This document shows positions 38,866 to 52,425 of a stretch of 64,000 nucleotides of DNA, one piece after another. This DNA comes from Fimbriosthenelais zetlandica. Its lineage: Eukaryota. The position numbers and the translations under genes are program-made. The stretch spans positions 4,216,001 through 4,280,000 of the forward strand of contig OZ365116.1 of assembly GCA_977030845.1 (NCBI GenBank), written 5' to 3'. The notes below the pieces were generated by a model. That model was not told the DNA's origin. It worked only from the letters and a program-made list of their open reading frames with translations, and did not search any database. Every line of letters begins with the position of its first letter. Positions within the stretch are counted from its first letter, which is position 1.

Positions 38866-41800
38866 ATGGACGAAGAAAGGGTGGGGGTAAGTCTGAAGAG
38901 TGGGTGTTTAGGGTGGTGGGTTGGATATTGAAGAAGCCATGTGAACAGCGGTTGATTGCGAAGGAAATTATGGAGATTGGTGGTGTGATTAGATTAGTTG
39001 GCCTTGGTAAGGCTGACAGGGCCTGGATGCTATGATGCCAGGCTGAATGGGAACACAGTCATGTGCTCCACAACTGCACGGGGGGAAGGGGGGACCACCG
39101 TGGGTAGAATAGATATTGGAAAACTTACCAAGTCTCTTGTAGAAAAGTGACAAAACAAACTCAGACCCCAATTAGTACTAAAGCAACGTGGAGAATTTCA
39201 ATCATGCCCAAAATAGATGTGTGGTGTTGGAGGTTTGGCAGACAGCTGCAAATGTTGCTGCCATTGAGGGATCAAGCCTCCATACAATCGTTGGAATATT
39301 GTGATTGCCTTGCCACACTCTACTGCCAGAGACTCGTCTTTCGTGCAGCAAGATCCTGTGCTGAAATTGGATGGTGCAGCTTTGTGGCTGGGATATGACT
39401 TCAATATTGATGGCCCCTATATACACGTTTCCTTCTCATCAAAACAAGAAATGGGAATTTTAATTGAACACGCAAATAAAGTTAACTAGGTTGTTGGCTT
39501 GTTTAGGATTGTGCTCACTTATTTGAAGTAGTGCCTTTCACTTTCTTGACTGCATATTTATTCTTAGGGCCTGATATAAGATAATGACTATACATCAGTT
39601 TTCGATCATGGTAATTCAATGCTAGTTTAATGACTCTAAATCGACCTCCAAGTGGCCTGCCCTATATAAGGTCCCTTCTATGGGAGATTAATACAAATTT
39701 GACACAGACAAAAATAAGCAGTTAAGGGAGCTGCCTGAGAAGATAGGATGGCCGGCCTGCCTTGATTGTTATTCAGATGGAAGATCCAACAAGATATTGA
39801 TTCATTATGGGTGGAGAGTGGGATGAACTTGGGGCATTGCCCACTCATGCGCTGGTCGTGTATCATCGGAATAAATCTGCCAATGGAGGTCAGCTGAATT
39901 ACAGACTAATTAAATCAAGAAATGAATCTTCCACAGGCAATTTGCTTGGCTTGGAATTGAATCTAGTTTTATCATGCAATTATCATCTTGTGACTTTGGA
40001 TTGGATTTGGACCAGCAGAACTAATGGATGGTTTCTGCATGTGCCAATGCATGGAGAGAAGGTCAAATCCCAGAAGGGAAGAAGGGTTGGTGTGACTAAG
40101 TGGTTTGAATTAGGCATTCAGCTCTGTCTATATATGTCACGGAGATAAGAGATGTGACAGTAAGTCACGATGCTGGAGGCGGATGGAAACATACTCTGCA
40201 TTTCAAATGGAGCTTTCTATTCCCTGAAAACTTTCCGGAGACGTGGATATTAATTTTTCAAGCCGAGAAAAAATCTTCTTCTCTGGTCGTGAGATTTTAC
40301 CTTCACTATAGTCAGTCCTTCATTATTGATTCCAATCCTCTCAGGCGTTATGAAGTCAGATCACGACTGCTGCAAAGCTTCAGGTTTAAGAGTCTATGGT
40401 GGCCAAAATCCAAACTTGTGGCCATCAAGTTGGGATGTTGGAGCGGGATGACTTATGGCCGGCAATATAAGCAGGGTACTGGGCTTGGCGGGGATGTTAT
40501 TATGGTCAGACTGGACACTGGCCAGTGATAGTATCACACTATGTCCGATCATTCCCGCTGTTCATCCTCACTCTCCCCATGCACTGTACAGTATCAACCC
40601 AGCCTGTATTACTTTCAACATCCATAACACTTTCTCACTGGAATTGCCAGTTTTATGCTTGATGTAGGCATTTGAGGAGAGACACAATCATGTCTTCCCT
40701 ACCATGTGTATGTGTGGATATGTTGAATACTACCATCCTCTAAAACCTGCCTGGTTTTAGTCTGTGACCACTGAATGCAGCTACTCAGTCATATACACTA
40801 TGATTTGCTTTATCGCTTTTACCTAACATTGTAGCTGGCCACGGCTTTGTACTGGAATCAATGGCCAGGAAGGTCATATTTCCCACTGTTTGTGTGCCGC
40901 AGTGAAGCCAGATACTGTGGCTTCCAACATTTATGATCGAGAGGTAAAAGTGTCCAGCTGTAAAAGCTGAGAATACACCGGAAGTTATAAATCGGTAGCC
41001 GGGTAGTTTGGATGTCGTGATCATGTCCCAGTAACATGCTATTTCCTCATCTGACAACCTGCCCTACCTTCAAAATGAAGCCGCCCTCAAAATAGAATAC
41101 CGACATGAATTTGCATTTACATAATGCATACATTGGGGGTTGTTTATGTACTTTGATAAACCAAAAATAACTCTGGAGTTAATGGGAAGCTCTCATGAGT
41201 ATCTATGTGATAATGGGTTTATTCAATCCAGGTCATATATCATAGAGCTGTGATAGAATAAAATCTGCATTTGATTTAAACTTCATCAGGAGAGATACAT
41301 GTGGCTGGAGCCAGTATTTCCCCAATGATCCATTTCTGTCCTATATATTTCTGCATCATGGAGCTAGTAAGCATGGGGCAGGATATGACCTGACTGGTCA
41401 TCTGACTGGTCTGATGGTTAATTTGGAGGACGGTCAGATAGATCCATCAGCTCTGTGAGACTGCACTGTAGTTGATAACCTTCTCAGTGGCACAACATTT
41501 GCCATGGGCATCCTTTGATTGAAGCTGTGAGCTTTGGCAATGCAGTGAAGCATTGAAAAACATTAAAGCATTAGAGCATGTTACATGTGGGGCACCTACC
41601 TGAGGGGATTACTAGAGATCCTCATATATAGAAATTAAACTCATAAACACTCATTGGATATGTCACATGAAGGCAGTATCTTTTGAGTTGCTGTGATGGT
41701 TTGTGAATAGCCCTGCAGGCATTTCATTTACCTCCACAACCTGCCTTCATTTCCACTTCCCATATACTACTCATTGATTTCCATGGCGCCCTCTGGGCTG

Positions 41801-42939
41801 TATACATTTGCCTCGTACCAACTAATAGCATGTTGATTCCCGATCTGATAAAAAATAGTACAGGTCCATTCTGATAAATTGATGGTACGGTTGATGTTCA
41901 GAATATAAGTAGGCCAGGGAATGGCGTGCGTGCTGCGGTAATCCCATTCTAATGAATGGCTTTGGATTTAGCAATCTGACTGAATAAATGCCATTCTTTT
42001 GGACATATTTTACTTGGCCAGTTTACCATCCTTATCTCCAGCTAACCAACATACCTGGTCAGCGCAGAGTTTGACTGCGGCAGTTGGAATGGCTGTGATG
42101 GTGAAATGAATCACTCCCTGCAGTGTCGTCCACATCAACCTTTTATCATTTCCATTCATCATAGTTGGCAATGAAGGGTCCTGACCTCTGTACAATCATA
42201 TTGCTGGGATAACTGTTATTCCCATGTTAACCTAATTCAGAGGACATGGAATTTGATATGGGAAAAACTAGGTAGTTCATGGGTATGAATATGTTCAATG
42301 ATTTATGTTCAGCACCCTTCCTAACCATTCTGTTAAACCTTCCGGGTCCCATTTGCTTTTTCCTGTATTTACTACGTTGAAAGCAGTCCATACTATCACT
42401 ATAAAGCCTTTTCCACCCAACCTTAACAAAGCAGCATTTCTATACATGTTCACGCAATTTCATCCGAAAATAAAATAAAGTGAGATATGACATGTCCTAC
42501 AGTAATATCGTCCTTGATTTATCCGGCCACTCGGCCTTCATCCCATATACTGCATCTCAATGTGTTCCGACCATTTTGTTTGGCATTTGACCATACAGGG
42601 CTAAAGAGCTCCTAGCCTTGAGTTATGAGTACATTTCTCTCTCAGCCACATTCATGTTGCCCTCGGTACATTTGATACCCGGATGGTTGGATTTTCCAAT
42701 ATATCCCACAGAATGAAGCATGGCTGGACATGAGGCATGGACTGGGCTTCCATGGGTAAAGTAAACTTATATGGTGAAGGATACCAATTGAATGGAAGCT
42801 TGGTTTTGACCTTGTGGCTTCTGGGATGTGGGTGCCATGGCTGGACTCTAATTGAGTCGTTTACTCGGCCAAACTCGGTCCTGTCTGGCTCTCTCCTCTG
42901 GACAGGCCCTTCGGGCGATAATGAAGGAATACTTCCCTT

Positions 42940-43350
42940 TATGGGAGGATCTCCCTCCTACCATTATTGGATCCTGATTCTCAGTATTGAAGGAAGACCA
43001 TATTAGGAAACATTCACTACTTTGAATCCAGGAGCAATTATCTTTGAGGCAATTGTCTGGTCAAAAGGATCCATCCCCCTTAGGGTAATGAGACGGGTTT
43101 ATGTGGGAGAATTCATACAGGAATAACATGCTAATGCAGGCTTCAGTATAATACTGGATGGGTATTCATAAAGCTTTGATCTTCAAGGCTTGTATTAGAC
43201 CTGCTTCCCTTTGGTCTTCTAAATGAGGCCTTAACCTTTCCTGCCTTGCTGATAATTGTGTTCTTGCTCAGCCTCTCAAAAACTACTCTTAAAGACCTAT
43301 ATGGTCTGATCTGCATTATATTTAACCCCAAAAGTCTATTTTCTCTTTCC
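42940..43350 (-). mobile_element. Decayed CR1/L2-like non-LTR retrotransposon, C-terminal part of ORF2
   Basis: Manual translation across frameshifts gives NRLLGL, then LRPHLE, then GLPS...EGD. These resemble, in the right order, the CR1/L2 ORF2 motifs KANRxLGxIKR, VRPHLEY and LPSLxxRRxRGD. Many stops; matched from memory, not by search. Confidence 0.5.
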
Positions 43351-43938
43351 ATATTTTCCTGATGCATAACCGATAATCGTATGTTTATTTGAGACCAATT
43401 TTACGGCAAAACTTCCCACAAATCTCACCGCAATCTTCACCATACTTATATTGATTGGACAAGAAGCCTAACGTCCTTTTAAGTTGAATGATAACTCATG
43501 CCTGACTTCCTCCTTCTGTCCCAGACACAAGCTTGTAAGCTAAACAACTGTAGTATAGATAGCCAGGTGATTGAAGGCCTGACAGTGGGAGAAGAAGCCA
43601 CTTCTGGCTGGGTTGGTGTGTAGAGGGATAGGTGGCGCATGGCAGCAAGCTGGAAGACGAGTCTCCTCATCCATGAGTGGACACAGAAGCCATCCATCTA
43701 CCGCTGGTCAGGCTTCCCCAGGGAACACTGACCAGCATGGCGTCCCAGACCCACAACATGTACCCTCCACTCCTCTCCCTTAACTGTCCCAATCGAATCG
43801 GATTGCTGGACATTGCACACTGTCTGGGACAGCCGTGGGTCTGAGAATTACACTGGTGACTGCTTCTGCATGTTGAATGGAACCAAGACATGTCGGAGAC
43901 AGGAGCTGCTGGACTCTGTCCTCTCCCCGCACCCACCA

Positions 43939-43952
43939 CTCTCTCTTTCTCC

Positions 43953-43991
<39 letters not shown>
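43939..43991. repeat. (CT)n microsatellite
   Basis: Perfect (CT)18 at 43955-43990 with an imperfect 5' extension. Confidence 0.95.
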
Positions 43992-43993
<2 letters not shown>

Positions 43994-46900
43994 CTGTCGC
44001 TTTAAAAAAACCGGTATAACCTGGCGCGAAACATCTCAAAACTAATAGTAAAAATCTTTTTTTAAATCCAGTTGACACCATGTCTACTTTATGAAATATC
44101 CCTCTTCAATCTCCCTACATCTTGGTATTCAAAGATTAAGTAATTTTCTGCACAATTTGACCTCAATAACTTCGGGGGGTAATTTATATATTTCTTTCAT
44201 ATTGTAGGAGAATTTTAACAAACATTACCATAAATCCTTGATGGGATGATTTTGTCCTGTCAGTCCTGCCAGGTTCTAGCCCCCTATTGAGTCCCACTGA
44301 CATGATTTACTCCAGCCCATCCATGCCTAATGAAAGCATTTCCTTTCCCCCCTTTTTTCATGGCGTAAGTAATAGGATAGTTTGTCTTTTTCCCTCGGAG
44401 GGCAGTTCTCTTAATATATGATCTCAGGATATTGCGTCAACCGTAAAAGAAAAATGACATTATGTATTTACCTTAAGTGATCCCCCTACTCATAAATATC
44501 TCTTCAGGATTACCTTATCGCCCTGGGATTTCAGGGAATTGTGGCCCGGCCCAATGCAGCTGACAAGCTTTTTATACCAAGTAGCCATTGATTTATGTTG
44601 GCAAATACCCTTATTAAACAACTAAGTTTCCAAACATTGACTGTCGTACACAGCTCTTCTTGAGAAATAAAACTCGCTGTTAAAAAACTGCATGCTGAGA
44701 TAGATTCAACACCCAAGGGCTGGGATTTTAGTAAATATATCCAGGATAATAGGATTCTTACCGTCACTTAGTGACAAATACTGATGGATGTCATAGCAAC
44801 CAAGAGGAAGATCTAGTGAAGTGTTTTTGACTTTTAAATCATTTAATAGCTCTCCCTCCCTGGGCATCGGTCCTCAGCTCCCATTATGTCCCATTCACTA
44901 AGCCCGGTATACATTTATATATCGATAATGTATAATAGACCCTCTCAACTACTCTCCCCTGTAATCTATGTGTGTATTTTAAAGCAAATATGTTATTTAA
45001 GACTCAAAACATTTGTATATACCAGGGGAGATCACTTAGATTATTGTGTTGCTCATGAGATGACATTTCCAGAGGCTTTTCCTATTATACATACTTATTA
45101 TAGGTTGCTTGGTGTACCTGACTGCTTGTCGCTTATTTGTGATATGATATTTGTAATATTAATGCTGTCCCCCACAGGAAAAACGTCCATCAATGTCTCA
45201 ATAATGAGCGCTTGTCATGAAGATATGCACTAAGGCTGTGTTAATTTCCAACTTGTCAAGGATATTATAATTTTTGATAGTTAAATTTATAGGGTGGTCC
45301 TGTATTTTTACAGAACCTTTTTTTACATGACCTTATCTGTTAGATGAAGACACTGAAAATAAAATGGCTGATACTTGAGTTTCAAAGGTGTTCCTAGATA
45401 GGATATGGACATGAAGGCGATGCTCTGAACAGCTTACTTTAATTTTTGAACTTTTCTAAATGAAAGAGAAGCAGTAGGTGGTGCAGTTACATCATTGTGT
45501 CAGCCATTAGTGTAAGGTGCTGCATTGAGCAGTCCCCATTTGAGAAATGATCACCTCTAGAAACGTCAAGAATCTAATCAATGTACTAATTAGTGCTATT
45601 CGCTCTCCAATGTGTGACTTTTGGATCCGCGGGCGTTTCAGTGATGGATCCGCCCTTTCCTAATGATCTCACACTAATTCTCTACTCTAATCTCTCCCCC
45701 AGGCCACGTCCTCCCCTCAAAATGTTCAAAATGTTTCTTCAAATTATTATTACCTCTGCGGGGATGATTTCTTTTTTTATAATAATTATTTCCCTCCTCA
45801 TTTCCCCTGTATGGACTTCATTTTCTTCTCATCTTGCTTTTGTTGAGACCATTCGGGTAATAATCTTTTTTCATTTTTTTGCATTAATGTGTTTACTGCA
45901 GAAAATGAAATCATTTATGGAGGGAGGTGAAACCACTTAGTGGTCTGTGTGTGGCAGCTTTGGCAGGCCTTGCCCATGTCTTAACTACCAATCTAGTAAA
46001 CACAACTCAAAGTACGCTTCACATACTCGATGTTTTCCCGTAATTGTCAGTCCTTTCTGACATTTCATAAGCATTTTGCAGCGCTTTAAGTGGACGCCAA
46101 TAAACCCATCAAAATCTAAGCGTATTCGTCTCCGTAAAAAAGCTACCTTTATGTATATGAGATTCGGTGTAGCGTTCTTTTCTGTGGAACGTTTTATGCA
46201 GATTTCTGACAGTTTAATGCCCTCAGAAATCACCAGTTGTCATGCATGGAAATGCAAGAGATATCCGGATTCTCAGATTAAAAAAAGTACCTTAAATTAT
46301 ATTTATATTTACTTTTGCCGAATGATTCATTCAAATTCTGCATCATTTCAACCCATTTGTCAGTTGGGAAGTGCAGAAATCGAGGCTAATAGCAATTTCT
46401 GTTTTCATTAATGAATCAATTAACCCAACTGAACAATTAATGCGGAGGAAAAGCCATGTCATTTCCTCAAGTCTTCTCTCCATATTGAATTTCTCCAAAG
46501 AAGCCTTCCAGAAGGTTCCTCATTATTGGAATGAATTTGTGTCATTTCTTCCCTTTTCTTCCTTCTGTTTTTTCGTATAATACAATGACACTCCTCTTCC
46601 CTTCGATATTCTGTTAGTCTATATTTTCTTTGATCAAAGTCAACGCTATTAAAAAAATAGGTGTAAAATAAAAGGCCTTCGTGATATGTTCACATATACC
46701 ATTCTAAATCTTTTTGGGTCATGTTTGGAAAATACATGATAGGATAAAATGTACCTTTATACCACTTTTGATTTCAGTTTCAATTCCCATTAAGGCATTT
46801 CAGTACCCAAGTTTTAATGATGGTCGGCCACGCCGTCATCTGAATAAGAGGTACAGGGACAATATTGAAGAGCATAATGAATTATACCCTGTCTGTTCTT

Positions 46901-49900
46901 ATCTCACCATCACACTGTTTTACCCCGTCTATTTATCACCCTCAGGACCACACAAGGAGATTGCTTGGGAACTGTGAAGGCTGTACTCTATTAATGCCCT
47001 CATCCAACTATATGATGTCCTTCCATGGTCTTTGTCCTCACCAATATATGCGCTTCAATTTATGTACTCAAGAACTCACTCCCTTCTCTATTCGTTCCTC
47101 TTATATTCAGAAATGAATTTTTTGTGAACATAGAGTTGGAGAATAGAAATATGATCAGAAGTCATTAGGTTTTATGTTGAGGATATGAAATATCCTTATC
47201 CATCCCCATTGTTGATGAGCTAAAGTAATGCAATATTTCTATCAGGAAATCAGTCTTCGCACCTTAAGATATAAGGAAACTGTTTTGTTGCAACTTACAA
47301 AGAAAAATGAAAATCATCTTACTCATATTGAATGACAAGAAACTTCCTTTTCATTGTGCTGAATCCATTTATCTTAGAAATGTCAATTGTGGAAGGACAA
47401 TGTTTTTGCCATAAATTATCTGGAAAATTTAGTGGAATGTACTGGCGTTTTTTGAATGAAAATGAGCCAACTTAAGTGTCCTTACCGAAGCCATTTATTT
47501 GCTTCTACCTCTTCACAGCCTCTTCCCTGCCTCCTCCACTCTCTCCACTACTATTCATCAGTGAAGAGAAGCATATACAAACACACAGCAGGTCCAGCAA
47601 GCTGTGAGAATGAAGGTCCTTTAGGAGGACATCACATCGTCAATGACAACATCCTCTGGTGCCATAAACAGACATTGCCTGGTCTTTGTGCCTCTCATGA
47701 GTTGAGAGCAGCATGTGAGAGCTCGCTGCTGAACGTCCAGCCTGCTCGCCTCTATACTTACATTGTAATGGCCACTTGTGACTTTCTTTATGACCAGCAA
47801 ATATTACCAGCTTTCAGCCGTGTGCCGGTAAAACTGGTTTAGGTGGGGTTTAGCGGCCATTAGTGGACAGGATAGAGACATCCATGTTATGGTCTCTGTC
47901 AGCAGGCCAGCAATACTAAGTGGACAATCTGCTTAACCTACCTAAATCTCCAACTGCACATAACCACCGGCAAAAGTGGCCACAATCACATTGACTAAGC
48001 TCGTGTAATTGTGTATATACGACTAGAGCTTAATGCACTTTGTAGGCCAACTAAGGATCACTTCAAATATATTGAGAATTGTTACAAAAAATCATCAGGC
48101 GATGCATTGCTCGCTGATTTTCATATCTTTGCACACGGATTATAGATTATTATATACTATAGGCCGGAAGCAAGCAGAAAAATAATCTTGAAGATGATAA
48201 ATGACACTTAAGGTTAATTAAATCGATGTTATTTGAGAGGAATAGATAGGATTAGCGAGGGTAGGGGTTAATGGTAATGTGGGGTGGGTATTTGTTTTAG
48301 GACTTCTAATTGAGAAATTGTACAATAGAAGTTTTATTGTAATATGGACAAAACTATCTGTGTGATAAAGAAACAGACATAATTGGCCGCCTGAAAATAC
48401 ATTGTAGAAATGGAATTGGTAAAGATAAAAGGCTTATTAAACTTCAAAAATATGTAAACCGGTTTTGCAAGAACCTGCTTTCATGTCCACCATGAAGTAT
48501 CAGCAGTGTTATACTCATATCTTCAGCAATCATCAGCAACCTACCTCTGTCATTTTACAGATCACAACCAATTACTAATCCTAACTCACCAAATTTATCA
48601 CGCCCAGTCAATTCCCCGCTTTGTACCATTTTCCCCCTTTTAATCTCCCACATCAAAGAGACCAGGAGATTTTCTCTGCTGAATAAACCATTGACTTTAA
48701 TGCTGCAATGGAACATGGGGCAAATACAATTTTATTCTACTGGGATATTTATGTGCATGGTTCAAGGGCCGGTCCCTTTGTTGCCTTAAAAAGTGGACAA
48801 ACACAGATATTTCAGCTCTACAGACCGATCCACCCACCTGGGTTTTTACTTTCATTTTCTCCCCCTTCATCCTCTTGAAGTTGCAAAGCAATTAAGGGAG
48901 ATTTTGCCTATGAACTGGGGAAAACAAATTTTCATTCTTTGTTCAGTGTAAACTCAGTACAATAGGTATTTCAACATGATGTTTGCACATTTGAAAAAAG
49001 AGGTTTTGCTGCTTTATCATAAGAAGTCTGCATGACGTAGCACTGTGAACATATATCAATGCATCGTGTATGCTGAAGGCTTTACAAGCATTACTTAGAC
49101 CTTTATGTCAATATGAAACCTTTTACTGGAAGTTTTACGATATTATGTCTCATCTTCTCTACCATAATATACATGTAGTGGACATGGTATGAAGCAAATG
49201 GAAGCAGGAACAGCTAGAAATGTAAGTTTCTCTATCTTGGTTTCTGAATTTCCTGTTTCTGATTATTAATTGCGGACAGCCCTTGTGAGGCTGACCTTTC
49301 TAAGGCCTCAACTGCCATACCTACCATCACTCGCACAATATACGGCCCTGCTTGTGCAGTTACACTTGCGGCAGTTGCAGCAGAATATCCTCTGGAACTA
49401 CCCGATCATGACACTCCTCAACACGAGTCCCTTAACAGGATTGCAGCTCTCGGCAGACCTGATAAAGTTTTTTATGATCATGGCCGCCTTGCTATAAGTG
49501 CATGGGTCGCGCGCCAATCTGGCAACTGTCGACATTCATATATTAACTGAGCGCGTGCAGGAAGACTATTAATGCCTTCATCCTCCCACCACCCTTCATG
49601 CCTGTCCTTTAGAAATGAAATACAACCGTCTTAAAAACATCTCCTCTCCTTTCTATGCATTAGCTTTGTGCGCCACCGATTCTCTTTATGGGTCTGCAAA
49701 ATGTCAGTAGTACTTAAGTCGTGTGAAAATTAATCAATGTTCTTGACATGCATCATTGACAGGTGAACCAAAATACGAAATAATTTCGTTTCTAAACTTA
49801 CTTCATCAGTTGTGATTTAACATTTTTTATCTCATTTATTAATGAAATATTGGCCCAGAAAGTTTCATAGAAGCAGATCGCTCTGAGAACGAATCATGGG

Positions 49901-52341
49901 AATCGACATCATCTTTCTTTTTGGGCCAGGGGAGGAGGGGAGATGGAGGAAATGGAGGAGGGAATTTCATTTTGCTGGGAAGTCATTCAATATGAAATAC
50001 CACAAGTGGAGGGAATCGATGGAGGTCGGGGCTAGATGATGATGTATTGTGGTGATATAAATCAGACACTAACTCCCGCAGGATGCGCGCTCTTCTTCAC
50101 GTGCTTGACCTGAGTCGTGAAGAATGGACTCTCCAATGTGGACCAGACCATGTTGTGATAGGCCACAGATACGTCCAGCGCCGCCCCGCGGGGCCATAGA
50201 TCACATTAGAAAACTTTTGACTGTCCCAGCACCCAGAGAAAATACCATCTCCTTCCTTCATCGATTGGAGAGCAATGTCTTTTTTCTTCAACTCAATCAT
50301 ACCTTCTTTTCGATACCGCTTTGGGATATTCTGGTCTTTCTCTTCATATTTTCCCCCTCAATAAAGGAGGCAAATCAGGATTTTTGATGGCTGGTCTTTC
50401 TCGCGTGGGCAAATGACTTGAGGGGACTGTAGGGGCAATATAATATGGCTTGGTGGCTGGTTGAGGTCATACTTCACCATGTAAAAGAGCCTGTAGAGCA
50501 GTATAATGTGTATATTAGCATGTCCCCACAAACCTACAGTGACATGCTACATGTGTATTATCCATACCTCACACATCCATGCTAGCATCCTCATACAGCC
50601 CGCAAATCCTTAACAAGCCTGCCACCCAGCCTACATCACTCATTATGCTACTTCACTGTCCTTACCATGCTCCCGCTATATACAGTAGTGTCTGGCAAGC
50701 AACTACAGATTAACTTCTCTACCTGTGGAGAATAATGCAACCACAGAACACGCAGACATGAAACTCTAGCACCTCTCTGTCAGTCAGCTCTTCTTCCTAT
50801 ACTGCAGCATCTCATGCCCTGATGCAATTGCCTCGTCAAAAAGTAAGATCCAGCATGAGAAAACTGAGTCAGGGCCTACTCGAGTCATCCAGATGGGAAG
50901 AGCCGAGCTGAGCGTCTGAAGTGACAGGCCTGTTTGTGCAGAACATAGGTCGGGCAGTCCTCCTCTGTTTGTCTGTAGACATCCTAGATTAAAGGCCAGC
51001 TTGGATGTGTTTTTCCAAGAAAACTTCTCCATAAGAGAAGTAGCGACTGACATCTTCCCAATGACGATAAGAAATCTGATGGATCCCATTTCTTAGGTTG
51101 TTTCCCTACTCTCCAAATGTCCCATAGATCTTATTTCATCTGAAGAATTTTTTTAAAAAATCTCTCAGTGTGATTGTACTGGGTCCTCAGTACATTATCT
51201 GGTAAACAGGAGAAAAGTTGTTTATAGTCGGTTTTGGATGAGTTTCAGAGTGGATGGATTCGGTGTATGAAGGATGAAATATCCTGGTTATCCTGGGGAT
51301 ATCCGGCAGGTGCTCTTATCGTGATCAAGATGCAGCACCAGGCTTGGCGGGGACGGCTGGTGACGGGCGGGGGCATGTCTCACACTAAAGGTCACAATCC
51401 GTCATTATAATACGCCACTTTGATGAGCCTTCATCATCCATGATCTACATTCAGAGGGGAAGAGTTTACTACTGAGCTCCTTGACACACTCCGCAATCCC
51501 CCACCATGGCTGGCGGCATGCTGGTCATTATTCCTGGATTTAAACCAAGATGAGATATGTCAGCAAAAAGGGCAGCATGATGCATCCATAGGCAATCTAC
51601 TCTTATAATATACAGGAGCTGGGATTTTGGAAACTGATGGGTCAGTGGGGTTAAGGGGGTGGGTCCAGTCTCGTGGCCCTTAAATTGCTCTATTTGAGCC
51701 GAAAAAATCTCATGATGATTTTAAAATGACCAGTGTAAGCCAAACCCTTCTGTCAGCTATTTCATGAGAGTTTCTAGATATTTTCTCCACAGTGATAAAT
51801 GTAGGTTGCTTTGCATTGCATGATTGTGCCTTACAAGCCCTGACATGTCTTTAAAGGTCATTCCACACTTATTACCTCCACCGTGGCTCAGTGCGGGATC
51901 AAGGTGTGACTAATGATTATTTATATGAAAAACACAGCGAGCACCAGCCGGCCAGTCACATCCTCCAGTCCGGTACCTGCCTCGGGTCCTGGAGGAAGGC
52001 TGAGGGCATAGGAGGGAAGGCTGAAGGCATGAGGTAGGGCCTATTGGCCAATCTGAAGATTGTCCGAGTATTGTGGAGACAGGAAACGTGGTACTGGCAT
52101 CGTATTTCCGATAAGATAAAATGTAAAATGTTAGAAACTTAGAACACTTTTGTTGACTCGATACATTATAGTATAGAGTATGTCCTCTGCTTGATATGTG
52201 ACATCTATTGCTGTCTTTGCTCTGTATTCATCAAAAGGTCAAAAGGACACATTATATCACACACTATATTATTGTGTCTAGTCTTATAGCAAAATCATTG
52301 ATTTCCTTTTTCGCGTTTTATAGAGTTTATTGTCTGAAAAT

Positions 52342-52425
52342 CTGATGACTTTGCATTTTTGTCATTGCAGGTGAGTTAGTCGTGACATTCTGATGAATTT
52401 ATAGATGTTAAAGGTTACAGTAAGT
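52342..52425 (+). other. Recursive splice site RS4 with 49-nt cryptic RS-exon (52371-52419)
   Basis: CTGAT/TGAC branch candidates at 52342-52349, then TTTGCATTTTTGTCATTGCAG|GTGAGT (junction 52370/52371). Second donor ACA|GTAAGT at 52420. Confidence 0.72.
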
